In this document: positions 63,251 through 64,000 of the stretch, piece by piece
Layout of the letters: each line of letters begins with the position of its first letter
Numbering within the stretch: position 1 is the first letter of the stretch
NCBI RefSeq assembly: GCF_009914755.1
Contig: NC_060939.1
Direction: 5' to 3' (one strand)
DNA from: the human T2T-CHM13v2.0 reference genome, Homo sapiens
DNA length: 64,000 nt
The notes under the pieces: model-generated
What the model saw: only the letters and a program-made list of their open reading frames with translations
Told to the model about the DNA's origin: nothing
Database searches by the model: none
Made by a program: the position numbers and the translations under genes

Positions 63251-64000
63251 TTGCCGCTGGGAGCTGGGCTAGGCCCCCAACCTTTGCCCTGAAGATGCTG
63301 GCAGAGCAGGATGTTGTAACGGGAAATGCCAGAAATACTGCAAGCAAAACTGAAAACAACCCATCCATGTAGGAAAGAATAACACGGACTACACGTAAGC
63401 AATTCCAAGTCTGTGTCTGCGGGGACGTCGCAAGTGGGATAAAATGGTTTAAAGGAAGAAATGGCTTTTAGGAGTTAGGGTGTTTTGTTTTAAGTAATAC
63501 AGACTTGGTCAAATGGAAAGCCGGTAGAAAGTGAGCTTTATTCATCAGTTTAGAATAACCGCATTAGTGCCCTTTTAAGCTTGAAAGAGGTAGTTTGAGA
63601 GAGTAATTATTTGAGTGGTAAACTTACTGAACTTAAGGGGACGGGGAAGTGCATGTTCATAGAAGGGTTTAGGAGAAAGTATGCCTTCTAAATCCACACC
63701 TACAGTTTACTAAGCAGAGCCAGGCTGGAGTCTCGGCTCACTGCTCTTATTAACCTGAATGATATTTTTCTGTGCATTCTTTTGAGGAAGGGGAGGTGAA
63801 GAGAAGAATTCAGCCTAAGCTAAATATAGAATAAGCTTTCTAAATTAAAATGGTTTTATAAAAGGAGCTTGTTAGTGGGGTCATTTTTGTACTGTGAGCT
63901 TTATGTGTAAATGTCTACACACCCACTTAACGTGTTGATTTCACTTTAGAATATGAGGAAACCACAGGGGAGTTTCAGGCCAGTCAGCTTTTCATCTTCA

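Noticed and set aside
62246-63368. Several overlapping GC-rich ORFs on both strands
   Set aside because: Stop-poor CpG-island artefacts; only frames matching WHAMM are meaningful.

Overview
Primate (human-type) genomic DNA with the features of the chromosome 15 GOLGA segmental-duplication family. A 19-exon GOLGA8-family golgin gene (GM130/GOLGA2-derived) lies on the minus strand, ATG 15868 to TAA 5652. Spliced by hand at GT-AG junctions it gives an uninterrupted 1899-nt, 632-aa ORF, followed by a ~3.4-kb AT-rich 3'UTR. An intron holds a 7SL pseudogene. About 46 kb of AT-rich, repeat-dense DNA follows (about 30 Alus in the window, L1 fragments, MaLR/ERV1 LTRs, MER1/MER20/MER47). The window ends with exon 1 and the CpG island of a WHAMM pseudogene on the plus strand (ATG 62419; one frameshift and two nonsense codons). 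From recalled locus architecture, the divergent ~46.5-kb spacing fits GOLGA8I(P)-WHAMMP3 at 15q11.2; the paralog call is not verified by alignment. The most notable signals show how GOLGA8 was rebuilt from GM130: (i) a local fold-back inverted duplication moved the splice donor of an ancestral exon onto the opposite strand and could base-pair over that exon's acceptor; (ii) two compensating frameshifts recode about 55 codons while the ancestral frame stays open; (iii) a 5-nt insertion replaces the GRASP65-binding C-terminus; (iv) an apparent retrotransposed 3'UTR is inserted at the ancestral stop codon. All comparisons with GM130, WHAMM, 7SL and repeat consensus sequences are from memory and need confirmation by alignment.
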